Assembly (NCBI GenBank): GCA_964057225.1
Contig: OZ059896.1
Location: forward strand, 4,092,001-4,156,000
Direction of reading: 5' to 3'
Source of the DNA: Auanema rhodensis
Lineage: Eukaryota; Animalia; Nematoda
Length of the DNA: 64,000 bases
The notes beneath the pieces are model-generated. The model was not told the DNA's origin. It saw nothing but the letters and a program-made list of their open reading frames with translations, and ran no database searches. Both the position numbers and the translations under genes were made by a program. Positions 27,501 to 40,800 of this stretch are shown one piece after another. Numbering within the stretch: position 1 is the stretch's first letter; every line of letters begins with the position of its first letter.

Positions 27501-28039
27501 TTTTCGAAAAATTTCAAAATAATTTAGCGAAAAGTAGATGTTTTTAGATTCCTTTTTTCGAGGCAAAAACGATGGACAATGTTATTCAACGAAAAAATTA
27601 ATTCTTCAGGGTGAAAATCGAGGATATAAGTGTGAACTTATATCAGTTGATATCTCGGTGCATTTTTAAGCTAGCGGAAATTTGATAACACAGATCGACG
27701 CAGCTTAAAAATCCGCATTGAATGCACTATACTACATTGTGAAAAGCTTAATACAAAAATTAGTTATGATCGTTTGGAAAATGATGCATTAGTGTATGTT
27801 GAGTTTCCATGTACACTCAAAATTGCTTCCAAAAACATTTTGACAAAAATTTTTTCGAAAAATTTCAAAATAATTTAGCGAAAAGTAGATGTTTTCAGAT
27901 TCCTTTTTTTGAGGCAAAAACGATGGACAATGTTATTCAACGAAAAAATTAATTCTTCAGGGTGAAAATCGAGGATATAAGTGTGAACTTATATCAGTTG
28001 ATATCTCGGTGCATTTTTAAGCTAGCGGAAATTTAATAA

Positions 28040-31000
28040 CACAGATCGACGCAGCTTAAAAATCCGCATTGAATGCACTATACTACATTGTGAAAAGCTT
28101 AATACAAAAATTAGTTATGATCGTTTGGAAAATGATGCATTAGTGTATGTTGAGTTTCCATGTACACTCAAAATTGCTTCCAAAAACATTTTGACAAAAA
28201 TGTTTTCGAAAAATTTCAAAATAATTTAGCGAAAAGTAGATGTTTTTAGATTCCTTTTTTCGAGGCAAAAACGATGGACAATGTTATTCAACGAAAAAAT
28301 TAATTCTTCAGGGTGAAAATCGAGGATATAAGTGTGAACTTATATCAGTTGATATCTCGGTGCATTTTTAAGCTAGCGGAAATTTGATAACACAGATCGA
28401 CGCAGCTTAAAAATCCGCATTGAATGCACTATACTACATTGTGAAAAGCTTAATACAAAAATTAGTTATGATCGTTTAGAAAATGATGCATTAGTGTATG
28501 TTGAGTTTCCATGTACACTCAAAATTGCTTCCAAAAACATTTTGACAAAAATTTTTTCGAAAAATTTCAAAATAATTTAGCGAAAAGTAGATGTTTTTAG
28601 ATTCCTTTTTTCGAGGCAAAAACGATGGACAATGTTATTCAACGAAAAAATTGATTCTTCAGGGTGAAAATCGAGGATATAAGTGTGAACTTATATCAGT
28701 TGATATCTCGGTGCATTTTCAAGCTAGCGCAAATCTGATAACACAGATCGACGCAGCTTAAAAATCCGCATCGAATGCACTATACTACATTGAGAAACGC
28801 TTAATACAAAAATTAGTTATGATCGTTTGAAAAATGATGCATTAGTGTATGTTGAGTTTCCATGTACACTCAAAATTGCTTCCAAAAACATTTTGACAAA
28901 AATTTTTTCGAAAAATTTCAAAATAATTTAGCGAAAAGTAGATGTTTTTAGATTCCTTTTTTCGAGGCAAAAACGATGGACAATGTTATTCAACGAAAAA
29001 ATTAATTCTTCAGGGTGAAAATCGAGGATATAAGTGTGAACTTATATCAGTTGATATCTCGGTGCATTTTTAAGCTAGCGGAAATTTAATAACACAGATC
29101 GACGCAGCTTAAAAATCCGCATCGAATGCACTATACTACATTAAGAAAAGCTTAATACAAAAATTAGTTATGATCGTTTGAAAAATGATGCATTAGTGTA
29201 TGTTGAGTTTCCATGTACACTCAAAATTGCTTCCAAAAACATTTTGACAAAAATTTTTTCGAAAAATTTCAAAATAATTTAGCGAAAAGTAGATGTTTTT
29301 AGATTCCTTTTTTCAAGGCAAAAACGATGGACAATGTTATTCAACGAAAAAATTAATTCTTCAGGGTGAAAATCGAGGATATAAGTGTGAACTTATATCA
29401 GTTGATATCTCGGTGCATTTTCAAGCTAGCGCAAATCTGATAGTACAGATCGACGCAGCTTAAAAATCCGCATCGAATGCACTATACTACATTAAGAAAA
29501 GCTTAATACAAAAATTAGTTATGATCGTTTGGAAAATGATGCATTAGTGTATGTTGAGTTTCCATGTACACTCAAAATTGCTTCCAAAAACATTTTGACA
29601 AAAATTTTTTCGAAAAATTTCAAAATAATTTAGCGAAAAGTAGATGTTTTTAGATTCCTTTTTTCAAGGCAAAAACGATGGACAATGTTATTCAACGAAA
29701 AAATTAATTCTTCAGGGTGAAAATCGAGGATATAAGTGTGAACTTATATCAGTTGATATCTCGGTGCATTTTCAAGCTAGCGCAAATCTGATAGTACAGA
29801 TCGACGCAGCTTAAAAATCCGCATCGAATGCACTATACTACATTAAGAAAAGCTTAATACAAAAATTAGTTATGATCGTTTGGAAAATGATGCATTAGTG
29901 TATGTTGAGTTTCCATGTACACTCAAAATTGCTTCCAAAAACATTTTGACAAAAATTTTTTCGAAAAATTTCAAAATAATTTAGCGAAAAGTAGATGTTT
30001 TTAGATTCCTTTTTTCGAGGCAAAAACGATGGACAATGTTATTCAACGAAAAAATTAATTCTTCAGGGTGAAAATCGAGGATATAAGTGTGAACTTATAT
30101 CAGTTGATATCTCGGTGCCTTTTTAAGCTAGCGGAAATCTGATAACACAGATCGACGCAGCTTAAAAAACCGCATCGAATGCACTATACTACATTAAGAA
30201 AAGCTTAATACAAAAATTAGTTATGATCGTTTGGAAAATGATGCATTAGTGTATGTTGAGTTTCCATGTACACTCAAAATTGCTTCCAAAAACATTTTGA
30301 CAAAAATTTTTTCGAAAAATTTCAAAATAATTTAGCGAAAAGTAGATGTTTTTAGATTCCTTTTTTCGAGGCAAAAACGATGGACAATGTTATTCAACGA
30401 AAAAATTAATTCTTCAGGGTGAAAATCGAGGATATAAGTGTGAACTTATATCAGTTGATATCTCGGTGCATTTTTAAGCTAGCGGAAATTTGATAACACA
30501 GATCGACGCAGCTTAAAAATCCGCATTGAATGCACTATACTACATTGTGAAAAGCTTAATACAAAAATTAGTTATGATCGTTTGGAAAATGATGCATTAG
30601 TGTATGTTGAGTTTCCATGTACACTCAAAATTGCTTCCAAAAACATTTTGACAAAAATTTTTTCGAAAAATTTCAAAATAATTTAGCGAAAAGTAGATGT
30701 TTTTAGATTCCTTTTTTCGAGGCAAAAACGATGGACAATGTTATTCAACGAAAAAATTAATTCTTCAGGGTGAAAATCGAGGATATAAGTGTGAACTTAT
30801 ATCAGTTGATATCTCGGTGCCTTTTTAAGCTAGCGGAAATCTGATAACACAGATCGACGCAGCTTAAAAATCCGCATCGAATGCACTATACTACATTAAG
30901 AAAAGCTTAATACAAAAATTAGTTATGATCGTTTGGAAAATGATGCATTAGTGTATGTTGAGTTTCCATGTACACTCAAAATTGCTTCCAAAAACATTTT

Positions 31001-31860
31001 GACAAAAAGTTTTTCGAAAAATTTCAAAATAATTTAGCGAAAAGTAGATGTTTTTAGATTCCTTTTTTCGAGGCAAAAACGATGGACAATGTTATTCAAC
31101 GAAAAAATTAATTCTTCAGGGTGAAAATCGAGGATATAAGTGTGAACTTATATCAGTTGATATCTCGGTGCATTTTTAAGCTAGCGGAAATTTAATAACA
31201 CAGATCGACGCAGCTTAAAAATCCGCATCGAATGCACTATACTACATTGAGAAACGCTTAATACAAAAATTAGTTATGATCGTTTGGAAAATGATGCATT
31301 AGTGTATGTTGAGTTTCCATGTACACTCAAAATTGCTTCCAAAAACATTTTGACAAAAATTTTTTCGAAAAATTTCAAAATAATTTAGCGAAAAGTAGAT
31401 GTTTTCAGATTCCTTTTTTTGAGGCAAAAACGATGGACAATGTTATTCAACGAAAAAATTAATTCTTCAGGGTGAAAATCGAGGATATAAGTGTGAACTT
31501 ATATCAGTTGATATCTCGGTGCATTTTTAAGCTAGCGGAAATTTGATAACACAGATCGACGCAGCTTAAAAATCCGCATTGAATGCACTATACTACATTG
31601 TGAAAAGCTTAATACAAAAATTAGTTATGATCGTTTGGAAAATGATGCATTAGTGTATGTTGAGTTTCCATGTACACTCAAAATTGCTTCCAAAAACATT
31701 TTGACAAAAATTTTTTCGAAAAATTTCAAAATAATTTAGCGAAAAGTAGATGTTTTTAGATTCCTTTTTTCGAGGCAAAAACGATGGACAATGTTATTCA
31801 ACGAAAAAATTAATTCTTCAGGGTGAAAATCGAGGATATAAGTGTGAACTTATATCAGTT
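28040..31860. repeat. ~11-monomer block duplicated at ~35060-38880 (offset 7020/7019 bp = 20 monomers)
   Basis: atcgtttaga at 28471/35491, ttgattcttc at 28651/35671, ttaaaaaacc at 30162/37181, acaaaaagtt at 31002/38021. Confidence 0.85.
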
Positions 31861-34800
31861 GATATCTCGGTGCCTTTTTAAGCTAGCGGAAATCTGATAA
31901 CACAGATCGACGCAGCTTAAAAAACCGCATCGAATGCACTATACTACATTGAGAAACGCTTAATACAAAAATTAGTTATGATCGTTTGGAAAATGATGCA
32001 TTAGTGTATGTTGAGTTTCCATGTACACTCAAAATTGCTTCCAAAAACATTTTGACAAAAATTTTTTCGAAAAATTTCAAAATAATTTAGCGAAAAGTAG
32101 ATGTTTTTAGATTCCTTTTTTTGAGGCAAAAACGATGGACAATGTTATTCAACGAAAAAATTAATTCTTCAGGGTGAAAATCGAGGATATAAGTGTGAAC
32201 TTATATCAGTTGATATCTCGGTGCATTTTTAAGCTAGCGGAAATTTGATAACACAGATCGACGCAGCTTAAAAATCCGCATTGAATGCACTATACTACAT
32301 TGTGAAAAGCTTAATACAAAAATTAGTTATGATCGTTTGGAAAATGATGCATTAGTGTATGTTGAGTTTCCATGTACACTCAAAATTGCTTCCAAAAACA
32401 TTTTGACAAAAATTTTTTCGAAAAATTTCAAAATAATTTAGCGAAAAGTAGATGTTTTTAGATTCCTTTTTTCGAGGCAAAAACGATGGACAGTGTTATT
32501 CAACGAAAAAATTAATTCTTCAGGGTGAAAATCGAGGATATAAGTGTGAACTTATATCAGTTGATATCTCGGTGCATTTTTAAGCTAGCGGAAATCTGAT
32601 AACACAGATCGACGCAGCTTAAAAATCCGCATCGAATGCACTATACTACATTAAGAAAAGCTTAATACAAAAATTAGTTATGATCGTTTGGAAAATGATG
32701 CATTAGTGTATGTTGAGTTTCCATGTACACTCAAAATTGCTTCCAAAAACATTTTGACAAAAATTTTTTCGAAAAATTTCAAAATAATTTAGCGAAAAGT
32801 AGATGTTTTTAGCTTCCTTTTTTCGAGGGAAAAACGATGGACAATGTTATTCAACGAAAAAATTAATTCTTCAGGGTGAAAATCGAGGATATAAGTGTGA
32901 ACTTATATCAGTTGATATCTCGGTGCCTTTTTAAGCTAGCGGAAATCTGATAACACAGATCGACGCAGCTTAAAAATCCGCATCGAATGCACTATACTAC
33001 ATTAAGAAAAGCTTAATACAAAAATTAGTTATGATCGTTTGGAAAATGATGCATTAGTGTATGTTGAGTTTCCATGTACACTCAAAATTGCTTCCAAAAA
33101 CATTTTGACAAAAATTTTTTCGAAAAATTTCAAAATAATTTAGCGAAAAGTAGATGTTTTTAGATTCCTTTTTTCGAGGCAAAAACGATGGACAATGTTA
33201 TTCAACGAAAAAATTAATTCTTCAGGGTGAAAATCGAGGATATAAGTGTGAACTTATATCAGTTGATATCTCGGTGCATTTTCAAGCTAGCGGAAATTTG
33301 ATAACACAGATCGACGCAGCTTAAAAATCCGCATCGAATGCACTATACTACATTGAGAAACGCTTAGTACAAAATTTAGTTATGATCGTTTGAAAAATGA
33401 TGCATTAGTGTATGTTGAGTTTCCATGTACACTCAAAATTGCTTCCAAAAACATTTTGACAAAAATTTTTTCGAAAAATTTCAAAATAATTTAGCGAAAA
33501 GTAGATGTTTTTAGATTCCGTTTTTCAAGGCAAAGACGATGGACAATGTTATTCAACGAAAAAATTAATTCTTCAGGGTGAAAATCGAGGATATAAGTGT
33601 GAACTTATATCAGTTGATATCTCGGTGCATTTTTAAGCTAGCGGAAATTTAATAACACAGATCGACGCAGCTTAAAAATCCGCATCGAATGCACTATACT
33701 ACATTGAGAAACGCTTAATACAAAAATTAGTTATGATCGTTTGGAAAATGATGCATTAGTGTATGTTGAGTTTCCATGTACACTCAAAATTGCTTCCAAA
33801 AACATTTTGACAAAAATTTTTTCGAAAAATTTCAAAATAATTTAGCGAAAAGTAGATGTTTTCAGATTCCTTTTTTTGAGGCAAAAACGATGGACAATGT
33901 TATTCAACGAAAAAATTAATTCTTCAGGGTGAAAATCGAGGATATAAGTGTGAACTTATATCAGTTGATATCTCGGTGCATTTTTAAGCTAGCGGAAATT
34001 TGATAACACAGATCGACGCAGCTTAAAAATCCGCATTGAATGCACTATACTACATTGTGAAAAGCTTAATACAAAAATTAGTTATGATCGTTTGGAAAAT
34101 GATGCATTAGTGTATGTTGAGTTTCCATGTACACTCAAAATTGCTTCCAAAAACATTTTGACAAAAATGTTTTCGAAAAATTTCAAAATAATTTAGCGAA
34201 AAGTAGATGTTTTTAGATTCCTTTTTTCGAGGCAAAAACGATGGACAATGTTATTCAACGAAAAAATTAATTCTTCAGGGTGAAAATCGAGGATATAAGT
34301 GTGAACTTATATCAGTTGATATCTCGGTGCATTTTTAAGCTAGCGGAAATTTGATAACACAGATCGACGCAGCTTAAAAATCCGCATCGAATGCACTATA
34401 CTACATTGAGAAACGCTTAATACAAAAATTAGTTATGATCGTTTGGAAAATGATGCATTAGTGTATGTTGAGTTTCCATGTACACTCAAAATTGCTTCCA
34501 AAAACATTTTGACAAAAAGTTTTTCGAAAAATTTCAAAATAATTTAGCGAAAAGTAGATGTTTTTAGATTCCTTTTTTCGAGGCAAAAACGATGGACAAT
34601 GTTATTCAACGAAAAAATTAATTCTTCAGGGTGAAAATCGAGGATATAAGTGTGAACTTATATCAGTTGATATCTCGGTGCATTTTTAAGCTAGCGGAAA
34701 TTTAATAACACAGATCGACGCAGCTTAAAAATCCGCATCGAATGCACTATACTACATTGAGAAACGCTTAATACAAAAATTAGTTATGATCGTTTGGAAA

Positions 34801-37800
34801 ATGATGCATTAGTGTATGTTGAGTTTCCATGTACACTCAAAATTGCTTCCAAAAACATTTTGACAAAAATTTTTTCGAAAAATTTCAAAATAATTTAGCG
34901 AAAAGTAGATGTTTTCAGATTCCTTTTTTTGAGGCAAAAACGATGGACAATGTTATTCAACGAAAAAATTAATTCTTCAGGGTGAAAATCGAGGATATAA
35001 GTGTGAACTTATATCAGTTGATATCTCGGTGCATTTTTAAGCTAGCGGAAATTTGATAACACAGATCGACGCAGCTTAAAAATCCGCATTGAATGCACTA
35101 TACTACATTGTGAAAAGCTTAATACAAAAATTAGTTATGATCGTTTGGAAAATGATGCATTAGTGTATGTTGAGTTTCCATGTACACTCAAAATTGCTTC
35201 CAAAAACATTTTGACAAAAATGTTTTCGAAAAATTTCAAAATAATTTAGCGAAAAGTAGATGTTTTTAGATTCCTTTTTTCGAGGCAAAAACGATGGACA
35301 ATGTTATTCAACGAAAAAATTAATTCTTCAGGGTGAAAATCGAGGATATAAGTGTGAACTTATATCAGTTGATATCTCGGTGCATTTTTAAGCTAGCGGA
35401 AATTTGATAACACAGATCGACGCAGCTTAAAAATCCGCATTGAATGCACTATACTACATTGTGAAAAGCTTAATACAAAAATTAGTTATGATCGTTTAGA
35501 AAATGATGCATTAGTGTATGTTGAGTTTCCATGTACACTCAAAATTGCTTCCAAAAACATTTTGACAAAAATTTTTTCGAAAAATTTCAAAATAATTTAG
35601 CGAAAAGTAGATGTTTTTAGATTCCTTTTTTCGAGGCAAAAACGATGGACAATGTTATTCAGCGAAAAAATTGATTCTTCAGGGTGAAAATCGAGGATAT
35701 AAGTGTGAACTTATATCAGTTGATATCTCGGTGCATTTTCAAGCTAGCGCAAATCTGATAACACAGATCGACGCAGCTTAAAAATCCGCATCGAATGCAC
35801 TATACTACATTGAGAAACGCTTAATACAAAAATTAGTTATGATCGTTTGAAAAATGATGCATTAGTGTATGTTGAGTTTCCATGTACACTCAAAATTGCT
35901 TCCAAAAACATTTTGACAAAAATTTTTTCGAAAAATTTCAAAATAATTTAGCGAAAAGTAGATGTTTTTAGATTCCTTTTTTCGAGGCAAAAACGATGGA
36001 CAATGTTATTCAACGAAAAAATTAATTCTTCAGGGTGAAAATCGAGGATATAAGTGTGAACTTATATCAGTTGATATCTCGGTGCATTTTTAAGCTAGCG
36101 GAAATTTAATAACACAGATCGACGCAGCTTAAAAATCCGCATCGAATGCACTATACTACATTAAGAAAAGCTTAATACAAAAATTAGTTATGATCGTTTG
36201 AAAAATGATGCATTAGTGTATGTTGAGTTTCCATGTACACTCAAAATTGCTTCCAAAAACATTTTGACAAAAAATTTTCGTAAAATTTCAAAATAATTTA
36301 GCGAAAAGTAGATGTTTTTAGATTCCTTTTTTCAAGGCAAAAACGATGGACAATGTTATTCAACGAAAAAATTAATTCTTCAGGGTGAAAATCGAGGATA
36401 TAAGTGTGAACTTATATCAGTTGATATCTCGGTGCATTTTCAAGCTAGCGCAAATCTGATAGTACAGATCGACGCAGCTTAAAAATCCGCATCGAATGCA
36501 CTATACTACATTAAGAAAAGCTTAATACAAAAATTAGTTATGATCGTTTGGAAAATGATGCATTAGTGTATGTTGAGTTTCCATGTACACTCAAAATTGC
36601 TTCCAAAAACATTTTGACAAAAATTTTTTCGAAAAATTTCAAAATAATTTAGCGAAAAGTAGATGTTTTTAGATTCCTTTTTTCAAGGCAAAAACGATGG
36701 ACAATGTTATTCAACGAAAAAATTAATTCTTCAGGGTGAAAATCGAGGATATAAGTGTGAACTTATATCAGTTGATATCTCGGTGCATTTTCAAGCTAGC
36801 GCAAATCTGATAGTACAGATCGACGCAGCTTAAAAATCCGCATCGAATGCACTATACTACATTAAGAAAAGCTTAATACAAAAATTAGTTATGATCGTTT
36901 GGAAAATGATGCATTAGTGTATGTTGAGTTTCCATGTACACTCAAAATTGCTTCCAAAAACATTTTGACAAAAATTTTTTCGAAAAATTTCAAAATAATT
37001 TAGCGAAAAGTAGATGTTTTTAGATTCCTTTTTTCGAGGCAAAAACGATGGACAATGTTATTCAACGAAAAAATTAATTCTTCAGGGTGAAAATCGAGGA
37101 TATAAGTGTGAACTTATATCAGTTGATATCTCGGTGCCTTTTTAAGCTAGCGGAAATCTGATAACACAGATCGACGCAGCTTAAAAAACCGCATCGAATG
37201 CACTATACTACATTAAGAAAAGCTTAATACAAAAATTAGTTATGATCGTTTGGAAAATGATGCATTAGTGTATGTTGAGTTTCCATGTACACTCAAAATT
37301 GCTTCCAAAAACATTTTGACAAAAATTTTTTCGAAAAATTTCAAAATAATTTAGCGAAAAGTAGATGTTTTTAGATTCCTTTTTTCGAGGCAAAAACGAT
37401 GGACAATGTTATTCAACGAAAAAATTAATTCTTCAGGGTGAAAATCGAGGATATAAGTGTGAACTTATATCAGTTGATATCTCGGTGCATTTTTAAGCTA
37501 GCGGAAATTTGATAACACAGATCGACGCAGCTTAAAAATCCGCATTGAATGCACTATACTACATTGTGAAAAGCTTAATACAAAAATTAGTTATGATCGT
37601 TTGGAAAATGATGCATTAGTGTATGTTGAGTTTCCATGTACACTCAAAATTGCTTCCAAAAACATTTTGACAAAAATTTTTTCGAAAAATTTCAAAATAA
37701 TTTAGCGAAAAGTAGATGTTTTTAGATTCCTTTTTTCGAGGCAAAAACGATGGACAATGTTATTCAACGAAAAAATTAATTCTTCAGGGTGAAAATCGAG

Positions 37801-40800
37801 GATATAAGTGTGAACTTATATCAGTTGATATCTCGGTGCCTTTTTAAGCTAGCGGAAATCTGATAACACAGATCGACGCAGCTTAAAAATCCGCATCGAA
37901 TGCACTATACTACATTAAGAAAAGCTTAATACAAAAATTAGTTATGATCGTTTGGAAAATGATGCATTAGTGTATGTTGAGTTTCCATGTACACTCAAAA
38001 TTGCTTCCAAAAACATTTTGACAAAAAGTTTTTCGAAAAATTTCAAAATAATTTAGCGAAAAGTAGATGTTTTTAGATTCCTTTTTTCGAGGCAAAAACG
38101 ATGGACAATGTTACTCAACGAAAAAATTAATTCTTCAGGGTGAAAATCGAGGATATAAGTGTGAACTTATATCAGTTGATATCTCGGTGCATTTTTAAGC
38201 TAGCGGAAATTTAATAACACAGATCGACGCAGCTTAAAAATCCGCATCGAATGCACTATACTACATTGAGAAACGCTTAATACAAAAATTAGTTATGATC
38301 GTTTGGAAAATGATGCATTAGTGTATGTTGAGTTTCCATGTACACTCAAAATTGCTTCCAAAAACATTTTGACAAAAATTTTTTCGAAAAATTTCAAAAT
38401 AATTTAGCGAAAAGTAGATGTTTTCAGATTCCTTTTTTTGAGGCAAAAACGATGGACAATGTTATTCAACGAAAAAATTAATTCTTCAGGGTGAAAATCG
38501 AGGATATAAGTGTGAACTTATATCAGTTGATATCTCGGTGCATTTTTAAGCTAGCGGAAATTTGATAACACAGATCGACGCAGCTTAAAAATCCGCATTG
38601 AATGCACTATACTACATTGTGAAAAGCTTAATACAAAAATTAGTTATGATCGTTTGGAAAATGATGCATTAGTGTATGTTGAGTTTCCATGTACACTCAA
38701 AATTGCTTCCAAAAACATTTTGACAAAAATTTTTTCGAAAAATTTCAAAATAATTTAGCGAAAAGTAGATGTTTTTAGATTCCTTTTTTCGAGGCAAAAA
38801 CGATGGACAATGTTATTCAACGAAAAAATTAATTCTTCAGGGTGAAAATCGAGGATATAAGTGTGAACTTATATCAGTTGATATCTCGGTGCATTTTCAA
38901 GCTAGCGCAAATCTGATAACACAGATCGACGCAGCTTAAAAATCCGCATCGAATGCACTATACTACATTGAGAAACGCTTAATACAAAAATTAGTTATGA
39001 TCGTTTGAAAAATGATGCATTAGTGTATGTTGAGTTTCCATGTACACTCAAAATTGCTTCCAAAAACATTTTGACAAAAATTTTTTCGAAAAATTTCAAA
39101 ATAATTTAGCGAAAAGTAGATGTTTTTAGATTCCTTTTTTCGAGGCAAAAACGATGGACAATGTTATTCAACGAAAAAATTAATTCTTCAGGGTGAAAAT
39201 CGAGGATATAAGTGTGAACTTATATCAGTTGATATCTCGGTGCATTTTTAAGCTAGCGGAAATTTAATAACACAGATCGACGCAGCTTAAAAATCCGCAT
39301 CGAATGCACTATACTACATTAAGAAAAGCTTAATACAAAAATTAGTTATGATCGTTTGAAAAATGATGCATTAGTGTATGTTGAGTTTCCATGTACACTC
39401 AAAATTGCTTCCAAAAACATTTTGACAAAAAATTTTCGTAAAATTTCAAAATAATTTAGCGAAAAGTAGATGTTTTTAGATTCCTTTTTTCAAGGCAAAA
39501 ACGATGGACAATGTTATTCAACGAAAAAATTAATTCTTCAGGGTGAAAATCGAGGATATAAGTGTGAACTTATATCAGTTGATATCTCGGTGCATTTTCA
39601 AGCTAGCGCAAATCTGATAGTACAGATCGACGCAGCTTAAAAATCCGCATCGAATGCACTATACTACATTAAGAAAAGCTTAATACAAAAATTAGTTATG
39701 ATCGTTTGGAAAATGATGCATTAGTGTATGTTGAGTTTCCATGTACACTCAAAATTGCTTCCAAAAACATTTTGACAAAAATTTTTTCGAAAAATTTCAA
39801 AATAATTTAGCGAAAAGTAGATGTTTTTAGCTTCCTTTTTTCGAGGCAAAAACGATGGACAATGTTATTCAACGAAAAAATTAATTCTTCAGGGTGAAAA
39901 TCGAGGATATAAGTGTGAACTTATATCAGTTGATATCTCGGTGCCTTTTTAAGCTAGCGGAAATCTGATAACACAGATCGACGCAGCTTAAAAATCCGCA
40001 TCGAATGCACTATACTACATTAAGAAAAGCTTAATACAAAAATTAGTTATGATCGTTCGGAAAATGATGCATTAGTGTATGTTGAGTTTCCATGTACACT
40101 CAAAATTGCTTCCAAAAACATTTTGACAAAAATTTTTTCGAAAAATTTCAAAATAATTTAGCGAAAAGTAGATGTTTTTAGATTCCTTTTTTCGAGGCAA
40201 AAACGATGGACAATGTTATTCAACGAAAAAATTAATTCTTCAGGGTGAAAATCGAGGATATAAGTGTGAACTTATATCAGTTGATATCTCGGTGCATTTT
40301 CAAGCTAGCGCAAATCTGATAGTACAGATCGACGCAGCTTAAAAATCCGCATCGAATGCACTATACTACATTAAGAAAAGCTTAATACAAAAATTAGTTA
40401 TGATCGTTTGGAAAATGATGCATTAGTGTATGTTGAGTTTCCATGTACACTCAAAATTGCTTCCAAAAACATTTTGACAAAAAGTTTTTCGAAAAATTTC
40501 AAAATAATTTAGCGAAAAGTAGATGTTTTTAGATTCCTTTTTTCGAGGCAAAAACGATGGACAATGTTATTCAACGAAAAAATTAATTCTTCAGGGTGAA
40601 AATCGAGGATATAAGTGTGAACTTATATCAGTTGATATCTCGGTGCCTTTTTAAGCTAGCGCAAATCTGATAACACAGATCGACGCAGCTTAAAAATCCG
40701 CATCGAATGCACTATACTACATTGAGAAACGCTTAGTACAAAATTTAGTTATGATCGTTTGAAAAATGATGCATTAGTGTATGTTGAGTTTCCATGTACA